64,000 nt of DNA from the human T2T-CHM13v2.0 reference genome, Homo sapiens (GCF_009914755.1 NC_060940.1), one strand, 5' to 3'; shown: positions 32,690 through 49,847, counted from the stretch's first letter. Numbers and translations are program-made. Notes: generated by a model from the sequence alone, not told the origin.

Positions 32690-33200
32690 CATTCATGTAT
32701 TCAGCCAATAACTCCTATGCCAGTCATTCTTTTTTTCATTTAACAAATATTTACTGAGCATCTGCTATATGCCGCACTCCCTTGAGGATGCAGCAGTGAA
32801 TCCTATCTAGAGGGTCTCAGCTCTTAGAGTTTTCCTTCTAGGTGGAACACAAAGAACAAGTAGATAGATAAACCAGATAACATCAGACAATGATAAGCTA
32901 TACCTGAAACAAGACACAATAATGGGATAGAAAGTAATAAGAGAGTACATTAGAGGTTGCGTGGTTGTGGAAGGCTTCTCAGACACCTGAATGTCAAGCT
33001 GGCCCTGGGAAGACGGGAAAGAACATGTTGTCAGAAGGCAAAGGGAACGACCGGTGAGTAGATTCTAGAAGGAGAGATGTATTTAAGGAGCAGAAAGAAG
33101 GGCAGTCGGGGAGAGGGTGAGGAGATCAGGGTTAGATTGGAGACGTGGTAGAGACCAGAACACCAGAGCTATGTATCTCCCTGGGTCGGAGGTCTCAGAA
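32690..33200 (-). mobile_element. L2 3' fragments
   Basis: cattcattca, aacaaatatttactgagcatctgctat. Confidence 0.65.
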
Positions 33201-33275
33201 GACATGAAAAGTACTCAACACAGAGCAAATAACTAAAATATCAGATACTTAACCTCAGTGAAGACAAAGGATACA

Positions 33276-33580
33276 GCCGGGCGCAGTGGCTCACGCCTGT
33301 AGTCCCAGCACTTTGGGAGGCCGAGGCAGGCGGGTCACCTGAGGTCAGGAGTTCAAGACCAGCCTGGCCAACATGATGAAACCCCATTTCTAATAAAAAT
33401 ACAAAAAAATTAGCCGGATGTGGTGGGGCACGCCTGTAGTCCCAGCTACTCAGGAGCCTGAGGCAAGAGAATCGCTTGAACCCAGGTGGTGGAGGTTACA
33501 GTGAGCCAAGGTTGTGCCACTGTACTCCAGCCTAAGTGACAGAGCAAGACTCCATCTCAATTTAAAAAAAAAAAAAAAAA
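33276..33580 (+). mobile_element. AluSx
   Basis: Alu consensus with A-tail. Confidence 0.93.
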
Positions 33581-33696
33581 GAGGATAAATGTTCAGAGAT
33601 GAGATCTGAGAGAAAGGCAGGGGCCAAATCAGACAGGGAATCCCTGGCTGTGGTCAGACTTTTTGATTTAATTCAGAATGTAATGCAGTGGAGAGT

Positions 33697-33821
33697 TTCT
33701 TCTTCTTCTTCTTCTTCTTCTTTTTTTTTTTTTTTTTTAAGAGGTGGGGTCTCTGTCTCTCTCCCCTAGGTTGGAGTGCGGTAAAGTGATCCTAGCTCAC
33801 TGCAGCCTCAAACTCCCGGCC
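33697..33821 (-). mobile_element. 5'-truncated Alu with (TTC)n/T tail
   Basis: TSD tgtaatgcagt. Confidence 0.85.
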
Positions 33822-33827
33822 TGTAAT

Positions 33828-34003
33828 GCAGTAGTTCTTAACATTGACTGCACTGGGAATCATTCAGGAAACTGACAAATACGGATGTCTACGCTGCAGC
33901 CTCACCGATTCTGATATAGTTGGTCTCGGGGGCAGCCTGGGCATTTGGGGGTATTTTAAAGCTCTCCCATGATTCCAATGGGCAGCCAAAGTTGAGAAGC
34001 CAC
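33828..34003. mobile_element. MER5A-like MITE
   Basis: cagtagttcttaac...ccaaagttgagaagccac. Confidence 0.7.
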
Positions 34004-34066
34004 GAGAGAAAAGTGGGGAACAGGAAAGTGACATGATCTGAATTCTCTTTAAGAGAGATCTCTGTG

Positions 34067-34204
34067 GACAGATATGGTGGCTCATGCCTGTAATCCCAGC
34101 ACTTTGGGAGGCTGAGGCAAGAGGATCAGTTGAGGCCAGGAGTTTGAGACCACCCTGGGCAACACAGCAAGACCCCGTCCCTACAAAAAAAAAAAAAAAA
34201 AAAA
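34067..34204 (+). mobile_element. FLAM_C
   Basis: Left monomer with A-tail. Confidence 0.85.
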
Positions 34205-34509
34205 CGAGAGAGGGAGAGAAAGAAAGAAATCGCCAGCTGCCACATAGGTACAAGACGTTCCCACACAATCTCCAGTGTTTTCTTCCTTCTCTCCCCACTT
34301 CCTGACGACCCTCAGAAATATGAAATTGCTGAACATTGCAAAGAGAAAGCCCAACCAGATATTGAGAAGTGAGTATCCCACTGCTTCTGTCTCCAGCTAG
34401 TGACTTTTTCCCTTTCTCTGTTTCCGGAATTGCTCACCCATCCCCTCCTCGGACTTGCAGCCTCCTCTCCTACATTTTCCAAATCCAAACTTTGCACCTT
34501 CTTTGACAG

Positions 34510-34566
34510 CCCTGAGGACCCCAGCCCCCAGGAGAGCAGCTCCAAGGAACATTCAGAAGCAAGTTG
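34510..34566 (+). other. Candidate 57-nt spliced exon (lncRNA or cryptic)
   Basis: Pyrimidine-rich acceptor tttgcaccttctttgacAG before 34510 and strong donor TTG|GTGAGT after 34566, in non-repeat sequence. Confidence 0.3.
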
Positions 34567-35011
34567 GTGAGTTTATTTTGATGAAATACAATAATTCATG
34601 TGCTTAGCAGCTGTTGCTATTTAAAATAAGAAAAAACCTGGGCCTGAATTTAAACTGTTTGGTAAAAGCATGTGCCCCACCAATCTGGTTCAACAAAATC
34701 AGACATTATGAAATCCACAAAAGAAGTGGAGCTCGTTACAGGAAGTTAAGATGCAAATCCTATTTTGTTTCAAATGAGCCCAATGAATGCATAATTTTCC
34801 ACAAGAAATACTTTTGTGTCAGGATCCTCTTACCAAGAACCGAAGTTCTTGGGATGCAGCTGTTAGCAGTGTCTGATTGTCCATTTCATTCTGCAGGGAG
34901 TTCTGCCTTTCTAAGGAAGATCTGGAGCAAAGAGAGGAAGAGGACAGAGCTACTCTCTCTCATCAATTGCCTTCCAGAATATTCTCTGTGAGATTTGCCT
35001 GTGCTTCCAGA

Positions 35012-35426
35012 TGAAGGAGAGCCAGAAACTTCATCCCAAAAGGTAGCTCCTTGTTATAATGCATATTTTGAATTAAAGACCCTTAGACATCAAAAGACAC
35101 GGTTAGAGACTTTTCCCTTAGCTACGTAAAAACTAGGCAGACCTTGGCCAGGTGCGGTGGCTCATGCCTGTAATCACAGCACTTTGGGAGGCCGAGGAGG
35201 GCGGATTACCTGAGCTCAGGAGTTCAAGACCACCCTGGGCAACATGGTGAAACGCTGTCTCTGCTAAAATACAAAAAATTAGCTGGGCATGGTGTCACGC
35301 GCCTGTAGTCCCAGCTACTCAGGAGGCTGAGGCAGGAGAATCACTTGAATCTGGGAGGTGGAGGTTGCAGTGAGCCAAGGTCACGACACTGCACTCCAGC
35401 TTGGGCTACAGAGTGAGACTCTGCCT

Positions 35427-35468
<42 letters not shown>

Positions 35469-35896
35469 ACTAGACAGACCCTGCAGGAAGAACAATTTTT
35501 CTTTTCTTCCTTTGCTTCCCTATCTTATTCTCTATTGCACAAAAGAAGACCAAGAATGTAACCACACCTAAACAGACCCTTTCACAGGATAATGTCTGTC
35601 TGCCTCTCAGGCTCATTCAATTGCCAAAGAGAACTATTCACAAATTAATCTTTGTTCCATTCATCCCTCCTAGTAATCATTTATTGCCCATCAACAGAAT
35701 TACCTATGTTCCCCATCTCTCCTCTCCGCTCTGAAACAGGCTATGGTAGGTATCTGGGCCTCACTGAGATATTGGGTAATCACTCCGTAATTTTTACCCC
35801 ACGCATAATAAATTAGTATGGCTTTTCCCTTATTAATCTGATTTTTGTCAATGAATCTTCCAAGGACAACAGGGAAGTTTTCCCTTCACGCCTACA
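35012..35896 (+). mobile_element. MER34-like solo LTR with Alu
   Basis: tgaaggagagccagaaac...gggaagttttcccttcacgcctaca; TSD caga/taga. Confidence 0.7.
35146..35466 (+). mobile_element. AluS with pure A39 tail
   Basis: A-run 35428-35466; TSD actaggcagacc/actagacagacc. Confidence 0.93.
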
Positions 35897-35928
35897 TAGA
35901 CCACCATGCTTGTCCTCAGAATTTGCAG

Positions 35929-36236
35929 AGACCAGGTGTGGTGGCTAATGTCTGTAATCCCAGCAGTTTGGGAAGCTGAAGTGGGAGGATCATTTGAGCC
36001 CAGGAGTTTGAGACCAGCCTGGGCAACAGAGCAAGACCCCATCTCTACAAAAATAATTTAAAAATTTAGCAAGGCAGGGTGGCATGACCCTGTATTCCCA
36101 GCTATCAGAGGGCTGAGGTGGGAGGATCCCTAGTGCCCAGGAGTTAGAGGCTACAGTGAGCTATGATCATGTTACTGTACTCCAGCTTGGGCAACAGAAT
36201 GAGACTCTGTCTTAAAAACAGAAAGAAAAAGAAAAG
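35929..36236 (+). mobile_element. AluJ
   Basis: TSD agaatttgcaga. Confidence 0.9.
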
Positions 36237-36772
36237 AATTTGCAGAAACTGGATGTCAAATTGAATCAACAACTACTCCCAAATTATTATTCATTCAGAA
36301 GAGGCTTTTTCCCTTCTTTCCTAGCACCTTCTCTAAGCTTGGGGTCATTAATTTTATTTGTCAAGAGTCTTTTGATTTCAAGTGGAAGAAGCACAATTCA
36401 AACTAAATAAACCAACAGAAAAGGCAGGAGAGGAATTATTTGTTCTTGTAGCTGCAAAGTCCAAGTATGATTTGGCTTCAGGCATACTGGGTCCAGGTTG
36501 AGGGGGCAGGAGAAGGAACCCGTCATGGACAAGTAAAAGGATTAACAAGCAGCCCTCTGGGCCCAGGATTCGTTGCCATGGATTTGCAACGCACCAGTTT
36601 TCAAGTTGTGCAGTTTTCTTCAGGTATGGATGCAGAAATGGCTGATTGAGGAATTTGAATTGAGTTTAGCTTGACACATATGGTTAAAAAAAAAAAACTA
36701 GAAGTCAAGAAATATAAGAGAAATGACCATTCAGATGAGCTCCCCCAAGATGGGCCTAAGTTGAGAAGGGGA

Positions 36773-37130
36773 TGAAACCACTTTTACAAAAATTATGACA
36801 GTGATGGCTGGGTGCGGTGGCTCACACCTGTAATCTCAGCATTTTGGGAGGCCAAGGCAGGTGGATCATTTGAGGTCAGGAGTTCAAGACCAGCCCGGCC
36901 AACATAGTGAAACCTCGTCTCCACTAAAAATACGAAAATTAGCCAGGCGTGGTGCTCATGCCTGTGGTCTCAGCTACTCAGGAGCCTGAGGCACAAGAAT
37001 TGCTTGAACCCAGGGGGCAGAGGTTGTAGTAAGCCGAGATCACACCACTGCACTTCAGGCTGGGTGACACAGTGAGACTGTGTCTCAAAAAAAAAAAAAA
37101 AAAATTATGGCACAGAGAAATCTGACATGG
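36773..37130 (+). mobile_element. LTR8-like 5' stub interrupted by an Alu and truncated by another
   Basis: tgaaaccacttttacaaaattatgacagtga...gagaaatctgacatgg. Confidence 0.55.
36806..37103 (+). mobile_element. AluS
   Basis: TSD aaaattatg. Confidence 0.92.
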
Positions 37131-37900
37131 GGCTGGGCAAATGACTCACACCTGTAATCCCAGCACTTTAAGAGGCCAAGGAAGGAGGATCACTGGAACC
37201 CAGGAGTTTAAGACCAGCCTGGGCAACATGGTGAAACCCCGTCTCTACAAAAATTAGCCAGGTGTGGTAACATGCACCTGTAGTCCCAGCTACTGATACA
37301 GAAAAACTGGGCTCCTGGCTAAACCCCACCCTTAAGCCTGGAACCATGCCCCTAAGTGAAACAGCTGACCCTGTTTTTACTGCCCAAAGGTTGCCTTTTT
37401 GGCCTGCCATGCCCCTATCCTGTGTCCATAAAAAGACCAGCTGGCAGAGCAACACAAACAGCTAATGCAAGCATTCGTGGATGCAAGGCTGAGCATCGGG
37501 GATACAAGCAGCTGAGCACCAGAGACTATAGATAGACGCAGCTAACTTCAGAGGGTGCGGCTTCAGGAAAAGATCACCTTCTTCCCACACCATCTCCTTT
37601 CCAACTCCCCATTCTGCTGAGAGCCACATCCATTGCCCAATAAAATCCTCTGCATATACTATCCTTCAATCAGTCCGAGTGACCTGATTCTTCCTGGACA
37701 CCAAACAAGAACTCAGGTGTCAAAAAGGGCAGGTGCAGAAGGCTGTCACCCTGACCCTTAATGGACTGTTAACACTTAGCCATCCACAGACTGCAGGCTG
37801 AGTGAAACAAGCCACTGCAGTTCCCGCCTACAAAGGGGATCAAGGGAACAATCCTGTCTCACTGCTTGGGAGGCTGAGGTTGGAGGATCACTTGAGCCCA
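37131..37900 (+). mobile_element. AluJ split by an LTR insertion
   Basis: ...tagtcccagctac [LTR] ttgggaggctgagg... Confidence 0.85.
37294..37861 (+). mobile_element. Solo ERV1 LTR (LTR27/LTR28/LTR1 group), copy 2
   Basis: tgatacagaaaaactgggctcctggctaaaccccaccc...cctgtctca; TSD ctac/ctgc. Confidence 0.82.
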
Positions 37901-37901
37901 G

Positions 37902-38210
37902 AGCTGGGCATGGTGGCTCACACCTGTAATCCCAGCACTTTGAGAGGCCGAGGCAGGTGGATCACTTGAAGTCAGGAGTTCGAGACCAGCCTGGCCAACA
38001 TGAAGAAACCCCATCTCTACTAAAAATACAAAAATTTGCCAGGTGTGGTGGCATGCACCTGTAATCCCAGCTACTTGGGAGGCTGAGGCAAGAGAATCAC
38101 TTGAACTCAGGAGGTTGAGTTTGCAGTGAGCTGAGGTGGAGCCACTGCACTCTGGCCTGGGTGACAGAGTGAGACTCAGTCTCAAAAAATAAAATAAAAT
38201 AAAATAAAAA
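37902..38210 (+). mobile_element. AluS with (AAAAT)n tail
   Basis: Alu consensus. Confidence 0.92.
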
Positions 38211-38387
38211 CATAGATCCTAGTTGAGAGAGAGAAGAAAAAGAAGTGGGAAGAGGAGGCAATGGATGGGAAGGATGAGTGAGACAAGAGAATTAAGTGGA
38301 TCAGAAGTTTTGAGTGGGGTAGAGGAAAAGAGATAAGGAACTTCCATAAGGTGCAGAATCTTGGGAAGAGAGAGGAGAAAAGGTCAT

Positions 38388-38871
38388 TGCTATGATTTGA
38401 ATGTTGTCTCCTCCAAATTTCATGTTGAAATTTGACCCTCAGTGTTGGAAGTGGAGCCCATTGGGAGCTGTTGGATCATAGTGGGCAGATCCCTCATAAA
38501 AGGCTTGGTGCCATTCTATTGGTAAAGAGTGAGTTCTAGTTCTATTAGTTCCTGGGAAAGCTGATTGTTTAAAAGAGCCTGGTTGGGATGTGGTAAGAGG
38601 GAGAAAAGAAAAAGGAAAAAAAAAAAAAATCCTGGGACCTCTCCTCACTCTCTTTCTCTATTGCTTTCTCTCTTGTCGTGTAACATCTGCAAGCACCATT
38701 CCTCTTCCCCTTCCACCATGAGTGGAAGTAGCCTGAATCCCTCACCAGAAGCTGATGCTGGCATCATGCTTCTTATACAGTCTGCAGAAACACGAGCCAA
38801 ATAAACCTCTTTTCTTTGTAAATCATCCAACCTCGAATATTCCTTTATAGCAACACAAACGGATTAAGACA
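38388..38871 (+). mobile_element. MST (MSTB/D-like) solo LTR
   Basis: tgctatgatttgaatg...ggattaagaca. Confidence 0.85.
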
Positions 38872-38909
38872 GATGTTTAGGAAGTCTTCCTGTATATTGT
38901 GTGGTGTAC

Positions 38910-39032
38910 AGCAGTCTCCTGTTATCAGCAGGATACATGTTCCAGGACCCCTGTAGATGCCTGAAATTGCAAATAGTACTGAACTCTGTCTATATCATGT
39001 CTTTCTTCTATACATACATCCATATAGTAAAG
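38910..39032 (+). mobile_element. MER44 5' fragment
   Basis: cagcagtctcctgttatc...gatgcctgaaattgcaaatagtactgaac...tatacatacat. Confidence 0.7.
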
Positions 39033-39561
39033 GAATGGGGACGTTTATGTGCCTGTGGAAAGAGCACCAGGAATTGGGGCTCCAGCACCCCCTCTTCTGG
39101 CTGGGAATAAGGTGGGATGCAGGGAATGAACAACCCAGATTTGCAAGAGCTGCAAGGGGAAGCAATATTTTCAAGGAGAGTCAAGTTTCCCTTAAGACAG
39201 ACTCATGGAGTAGTTGTAGATGCTTACCTTGGAAATGAGCACAGAGAGAAGACTTAAGAGGGAGGGGAAAGTGGAGAGTTTGGGTCAGCAAAGCAGACGA
39301 TAGAGTTGGCTCTTCAGATGGCTGGCTCCTTCCCAGTGGCTTGTTACCTCCTTGATCTTACCTCAGCCCTGTCTGCCCAGGTCCTATACAGCATTTATTC
39401 CTGTTTATTTCCATCAGAGTACTCAATCCAAAATGGCACTGTGTTTTTAATTTGTTTATTGTCTGGTCCTCCAGTTGGCAACCACCACCACAAGAATGTA
39501 AACTCCATGAAAGCAGGGACCTGTCTGAATAAATATATGTTGAATGAATTCATTAATGAAC

Positions 39562-39643
39562 AGATAGATGGATGGACGGATGGATGGACGGATAGACAGA
39601 TGGATGGATGGATGGATGGATGGATGGATGGATGGATGGATGA
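39562..39643 (+). repeat. (GGAT)n microsatellite at an L2 tail
   Basis: gatggatggacggatggatgg... Confidence 0.95.
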
Positions 39644-39656
39644 ATAAGTAGTGCTA

Positions 39657-40064
<408 letters not shown>

Positions 40065-40072
40065 TTAGCTTC

Positions 40073-40808
40073 TGTAGTGTTATGATACGTATTGGTTTTC
40101 ATCCATGGTTCCTGGTTCCTAACTCCCACAGCCTTTGCTACAGTGATTTGTGGTCCTGTTGGGTGTGTTAGGCCTCAGCGACAGGCCTTTGGCTTTCTCC
40201 CTACCCTCCTTTCACCTGCTCCAAGGCAGGACTCTAATGTTACCCGCCTTTCTGATTGTGGGTCTTAAGACCCTCCCATTAGAGGGTTCCACCCTATACT
40301 CTGGGGGAAGGAATGCTGATGTCATGAAGCTTCCATAAAAAAGCAAGAGGACTGGGTTCAGAAAGCTTCTAGATAGCTGACCACGTGGAGGTTCCTGGAG
40401 GATGCTGCACTCAGGGAGGGCATGGAAGCTTCACGCCCCTTCCCCCATAGCTCGCCCTATGTATCTCTTCATCTGTATCCTTTGAAATATCCTTTATCAC
40501 AAATGGCAAATGTAAGTAAGTGTTTCCCTGAGTTCAGTGAATCATGGGAACCCCAACTTGAAGTTCCAGAGGCCAGACTTGCAACTAGTGTGGTAGGGGG
40601 ACAGTACTGGGGACTGAGCCTGGGATCTGACACTATCTCCAAGTAGATAGTGAAGGAACTGAATTAGAGGACACCCAGCTGGGGTCCACTGCTTGGTGTG
40701 TGGGGAAAAAAACCCACACATTTGGTCACAGAAGTCTTCTTCTGTGTTGATGATTGTTGTAGCGTGAGAGTAGAGGAAAAGTGCAGTTTGGGGAGAGTTT
40801 TCCCTACA
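40073..40808. mobile_element. MER21A-like solo LTR
   Basis: ggttttcatccatggttcctgg, gggagggcatggaagct, gaattagaggacacccagctg. Confidence 0.75.
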
Positions 40809-41577
40809 AAGCTTTCCACAAGATGGAGACATGGTGCCTGGAGCCTCCCAATTTATTCCTATGGACAGATCTCTCCTGGCCTAGTTGCTGTGCCCTGGGA
40901 AGTTCTCCTTGAGAGATGCTTGCCTAAATCCGCACTCCTGCAATGGGATTTGTTAGCTCCAAGTTCTAGCCTAAAAATACTCCTCTCTGATATCAAGGAC
41001 AAAATTTATAAACACAAAAGTGGTTATTACGGCTTAATCACAGGCTTGGTGGTAGTGACTCTTGGCAATCTCTCTAGGGTATTAACAAGAGCAGAGTAAA
41101 TATGTCATGTAGGTGGTATTTTTAGTCTCATCCACCCTTCCGACCCAAATGGGAACATCCCTACAGAAGGTTCTTGTGACTTCCTGGGCCCCACCCCAGC
41201 CTTTGCTGCTCAGAAACCGTAGTCATGCATGCTATGGTGGCAGCCATGAAATGCAGTAGCAAGAAGGGGCAGGTGGTTGCTGCCTGGGACCCATCTCTTT
41301 CCTTGTCAGACGGGCACCAAAGTCCTGGTCCCAATAGGCTAATCTATGCTTCCTGATTTCGGTGACTGAGTCACTTCCCTTTGTAACCATGGGACCAGCC
41401 CAAACTGGGCCTACTCTGTTTATAAGCAAATGTGGGCTTGTCTTTTAGACGTAACAGAGCCAAAAGCTGCAAGTCAGGCAGCCTGGGCATATGCAATAGA
41501 AAAAGCTTTGACAAGACCAAGAACCAACAATTCCTCCCCTTTGGAACCAAGAAGACCGGGACATGGCCGAAACCTGA

Positions 41578-41952
<375 letters not shown>

Positions 41953-42049
41953 CAACCTCAACATATCTTACTATAAATGGTCAAATTTGAAGCCCTCCAA
42001 TCAAACCCTGCCAAGCTAACATTCCTAAATCTTTTCCCTTGTCCTCTGA

Positions 42050-42400
<351 letters not shown>

Positions 42401-42963
42401 TGAGCCTGACTCCTGTCTCCTTGCTGGCCGGTTTCGCAGTAAAGCCTTTCTTTTCTCAAATTCTGGTGCCACAGTTATTGGCTTCCATGCACATCAGGCT
42501 GCAAGCCCATTTGCTCAATAACACCTTCACAGGGGGAGGCGCAGCTGACAGTTACATGTATCTCATGGGAATAAAAAAAGTCCATCCTCTAAAAACCCTC
42601 TTTCTGCCAACTCTCATCCCCAGCATTGGCAGCACTGAAAAAAAGAAAAAACAAATAATCTCCGACTGAGCCCTAGAGCCATGAGCCTAACTAAAAGAGT
42701 TTTCCGAGCTACATCTTTTCTATTCAGTGCCAGAAGGCTTTAAACATGAAGTTTACACTCCATTCCGAAGGGTGGGCTCTAGGGTAGGTATTAAGCTGGT
42801 CAGGGCTGGGGTCAGGGACTAGACTGTCTCTCCCCACACCCCCTGGATGTGGAGGGCATGTTTTGTCAATACTTGCAATGAACCAGGCACCCTGCTAAAT
42901 GCTTCATGTGTATCATTTCGTTCAGTCCTCACAACGGCCCTATGAAGCAGTTACTGATATTCC

Positions 42964-43271
<308 letters not shown>

Positions 43272-43418
43272 TAACTTTCTTTATATGACCTTCCCAGGGT
43301 CACATAACAAGGGGCATTTTGAAGGTGGACAAATTCCCTCTGAGCCTCTGCTCTTACCTATGAAGCAGATTTATCTGAGCCTCCCTATAGGTTTTCCCCT
43401 ATAGTTTACAGTCTGTAG

Positions 43419-43898
43419 AAGCCATCCCCAACCTCTCTGGCAACCAGGACCAGTTTCGTGGAAGACAATTTTTCCATGGACAGCAGGGAGGGAGATGGAT
43501 GGTTTGGGGATAATTCAAGCACATTACATTGAATGTGCATTTTATTTCTATTATTATCACATTGTAATATATAATAAAATAATTATACAACTCACCATAA
43601 TGTAGAATCAGTGGAAGCCCTGAGCTTGTTTTCCTGCAACTAGATGGTCCCATTCAGGGGTGGTGAGAGACAGTGACAGATCATCAGGCATTAGATTCTC
43701 ATAAGGAGCACAACACCTAGACCCCTCACATGCGCAGTTCACAATAAGGTTCTCCCGCCTATGAGAATCTGATGCGTCTGCTGATCTGACAGGAGATGGA
43801 GCTTAGACAGTAATGCTGGTTCGCCGAGCTCACTTCCTGCCATGCAGCCCAGTTCCTAACAGGCCATGGTCTGTGACCCCAGGAGTTGGGGACCCCTG
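43419..43898 (+). mobile_element. MER1A (hAT-Charlie) DNA transposon
   Basis: atccccaacc...ggagttggggacccctg; 8-bp TSD gtctgtag/gtctatag. Confidence 0.9.
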
Positions 43899-44230
43899 GT
43901 CTATAGAATTTGTTGTTTCCAGCCCTACCTCAACAATTAACCTCACTTTTGCTCGTTTTCATTTGGGAAACCGTAATATTGTGATGTAATAAGAAATACA
44001 TACTTGGTCTTTCTCCCCAGTTCCTGGTACAAGAGCTTCCTGTAATTTCCTGAGTGACAGAATGTTAGGGGCATCTGTTGTTATTCATAGTAAGGTCCTT
44101 TCAACCACACCTGAGTATATGCTAATGGTATATGCAAATGACTCAAGGGGGGGTCCCCTAGATAGCTTCAGGCTTGGGGCTGGTTGCCAGAGGGAATCAC
44201 ATCCATGTGATTAGAAGTTTGGAACTTTCA

Positions 44231-44535
<305 letters not shown>

Positions 44536-44943
44536 GTTTGGAACTTTCAGCCCCACTCCCACAACCTTTAGGGAGGAAAGAGAGGCTGGAAAGGAAGACA
44601 GTCACCAATGGCCAGTGATTTAATCAATTATGCCTGCAGGATTAAGCCTCCACCCAAAACACCCCTAAACAGTGGGGTCTGTAGAGCTCCCAGGTTGGTG
44701 AAGACACAGACATGCTGGGAGGGTGATGTGCCCGGAGAGGGCATGGAAGCTCCACACCCCTCTCCTAGGCCTTGCTCTGTGGACCTCTTCCATCTGGCTG
44801 TTCCTGAGGGTTTTTTAAAATAATAAATTGGTAATCTAGTAAGCACACTGTTTTCCTGATTTCTGTGAGCCATTCTAGCAAATTATTGAACCCAAGGAGT
44901 AGATCCTGGGAAACTTAGAGCTGGTTGGTTAGAAGTACTGAGG

Positions 44944-45238
44944 AGCCAGGTGCAGTGGCTCATGCCTATAATCCAAGCACTTTGAGAGGCCCAAATGGAA
45001 AGATCACTTGAGGCCAGGAGTTCAAGACCAGCCTGGGCAACATAAAAAGACACCATCTCTATAAAAAATTTAAAAGTTAGCCAAGTATGGTAGTATGCAT
45101 CTGTGGTCCCAGATACTCGGGAGGCTGGCGGGGGAAGGATTGCTTGAGCCTGGGAGTTCAAGGCTGCAGTGAGCCATGAGCATACCACTGCACTCTGGCC
45201 TGGGCAACAGAGTGAGATCCTGTCTCAAAAAAAAAAAG
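44944..45238 (+). mobile_element. AluJ
   Basis: TSD aagtactg. Confidence 0.9.
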
Positions 45239-45408
45239 TACTGGAGCTCCAGGATTGGCATCTGAAGTGAGGGCGGTCTTGTGCGACTGAGCTGTTAACC
45301 TGTGGGGTCTGATGCTTAAACTAAAATAAAATCTTAAGTCTCCCACTGATTGAACAGACCTCCTCTTGGCCAAAAGGACCCCAAAGAAACCTTAAAAACT
45401 CAGTTTCT

Positions 45409-46051
<643 letters not shown>

Positions 46052-46793
46052 TCAGTTCTGGCCATGACGCGAAAGGGTTGGAAACACCTCATTATGCACG
46101 CTCCCTTTCAGGGTTTAGATACAATACCTGACAAGCATTAATGTTAAACTACAGACCATTAAGACTGATGGAACAGACTATTTGTGGCAATAAGATACCA
46201 AAGTATAATCAGGACCAAAAGCCGCGCAGGGCAACGGTTTAATCATGCCCGCAGACCATCAATCTTGCTACATCGCATCCTTCACTGAAAACCCTTGTTT
46301 CTGCTGACTCCAAGTTTTTGCCAGAGCCTTACGTCTTTAACCAATTGCAAATTAAAGAATCTCTGCATCTGCCTGTAAGATGTAAGCCCTTGCATTAAGA
46401 TGTCCCAATTTTTTGCGCCGAACCTATGTAAAACCTCTGTGTATTGATTTATGTCTTTGCCTGTAACTCTTGCCTCCTTACAATTATAAAGCCAAACTGT
46501 AATTTGACCACCTCAGGATCCCTTACTCCAGGCTTCTTGGGTTTGGGTTTTCCCTGAGCCACTCATATTGGTTCAGAATAAACCTCTTTAAGATATTTTA
46601 CAAAATTTTATTTTTTTATTAACAGAGGTTAACTCCTGGTACATAGTGTCAGAATTGAATTACATTGTAGGACACCCAGCGGGGGTAAGAGAATTGGTTG
46701 ACAGGAGAAAAAGCCCCCAGACATCTGGTGTCGAAGAGTTTTGTGGGTTAGTAGTAGGAACAAACTTCTCTTCCATTAACAATATGTGATTCT

Positions 46794-47173
<380 letters not shown>

Positions 47174-47390
47174 TCAGGCCTAGCCAATCAGAGCCTAGTA
47201 TTCTTCCAAATCCAGAAGGATTACCGGGATTTGTCCAGGGATGGGTGTGTGGTCATATAGAAGCCAAAACAAATCCTTGAGGCCCTCTCCTTCACTGGCT
47301 TGCAGGATGACTTTGGGTGAGTCATTTACCTCTGTGGGTGTCTATTTTAGGAATGTGGCACTGGGTCAGTGCTACATCTACTGTGGACTA

Positions 47391-47925
<535 letters not shown>

Positions 47926-47984
47926 TTAATCATTGAGTAAAAAAAGAAATCAGAAAAATCAGACAAGAGCTGATCCAGCACTGA

Positions 47985-48478
<494 letters not shown>

Positions 48479-48617
48479 TGACCTCCTACTTTCATCTCAG
48501 AGGCTCTCTCATGCCACTCTTGGGCAGCAGGAAATGTAAAGAGAGTTTCATGCCCTCTCTGCATGGCCACAACTAAGCCACAATAGACTTGAGAATGCAA
48601 GCAAGAACTGTGTCTGG

Positions 48618-49257
<640 letters not shown>

Positions 49258-49335
49258 CAAGAACTGCATCTGTTGGTTCATGGCTATATCCAGTGCCTGG
49301 CATATGCATGGTCTTCATTAAGCATTTGTTGAATG

Positions 49336-49763
<428 letters not shown>

Positions 49764-49847
49764 TTAAACAACAGAAACTTCTTTTCTCACAGTTCTGGAG
49801 GTGGGAAAGTCCAAGATCAAGGCCTGGCAGGGATGGGTTTCCCATGA

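Noticed and set aside
34614-34991. 125-aa ORF in the unique island
   Set aside because: Non-ATG start, no recognisable homology, and it lies just downstream of a splice donor, so it is probably intronic or non-coding.
39562-39643. Short periodic repeats (GGAT, TG, CA, TTTG) as a CRISPR-like or coded array
   Set aside because: Simple microsatellites derived from L2/Alu tails, with no repeat-spacer structure.
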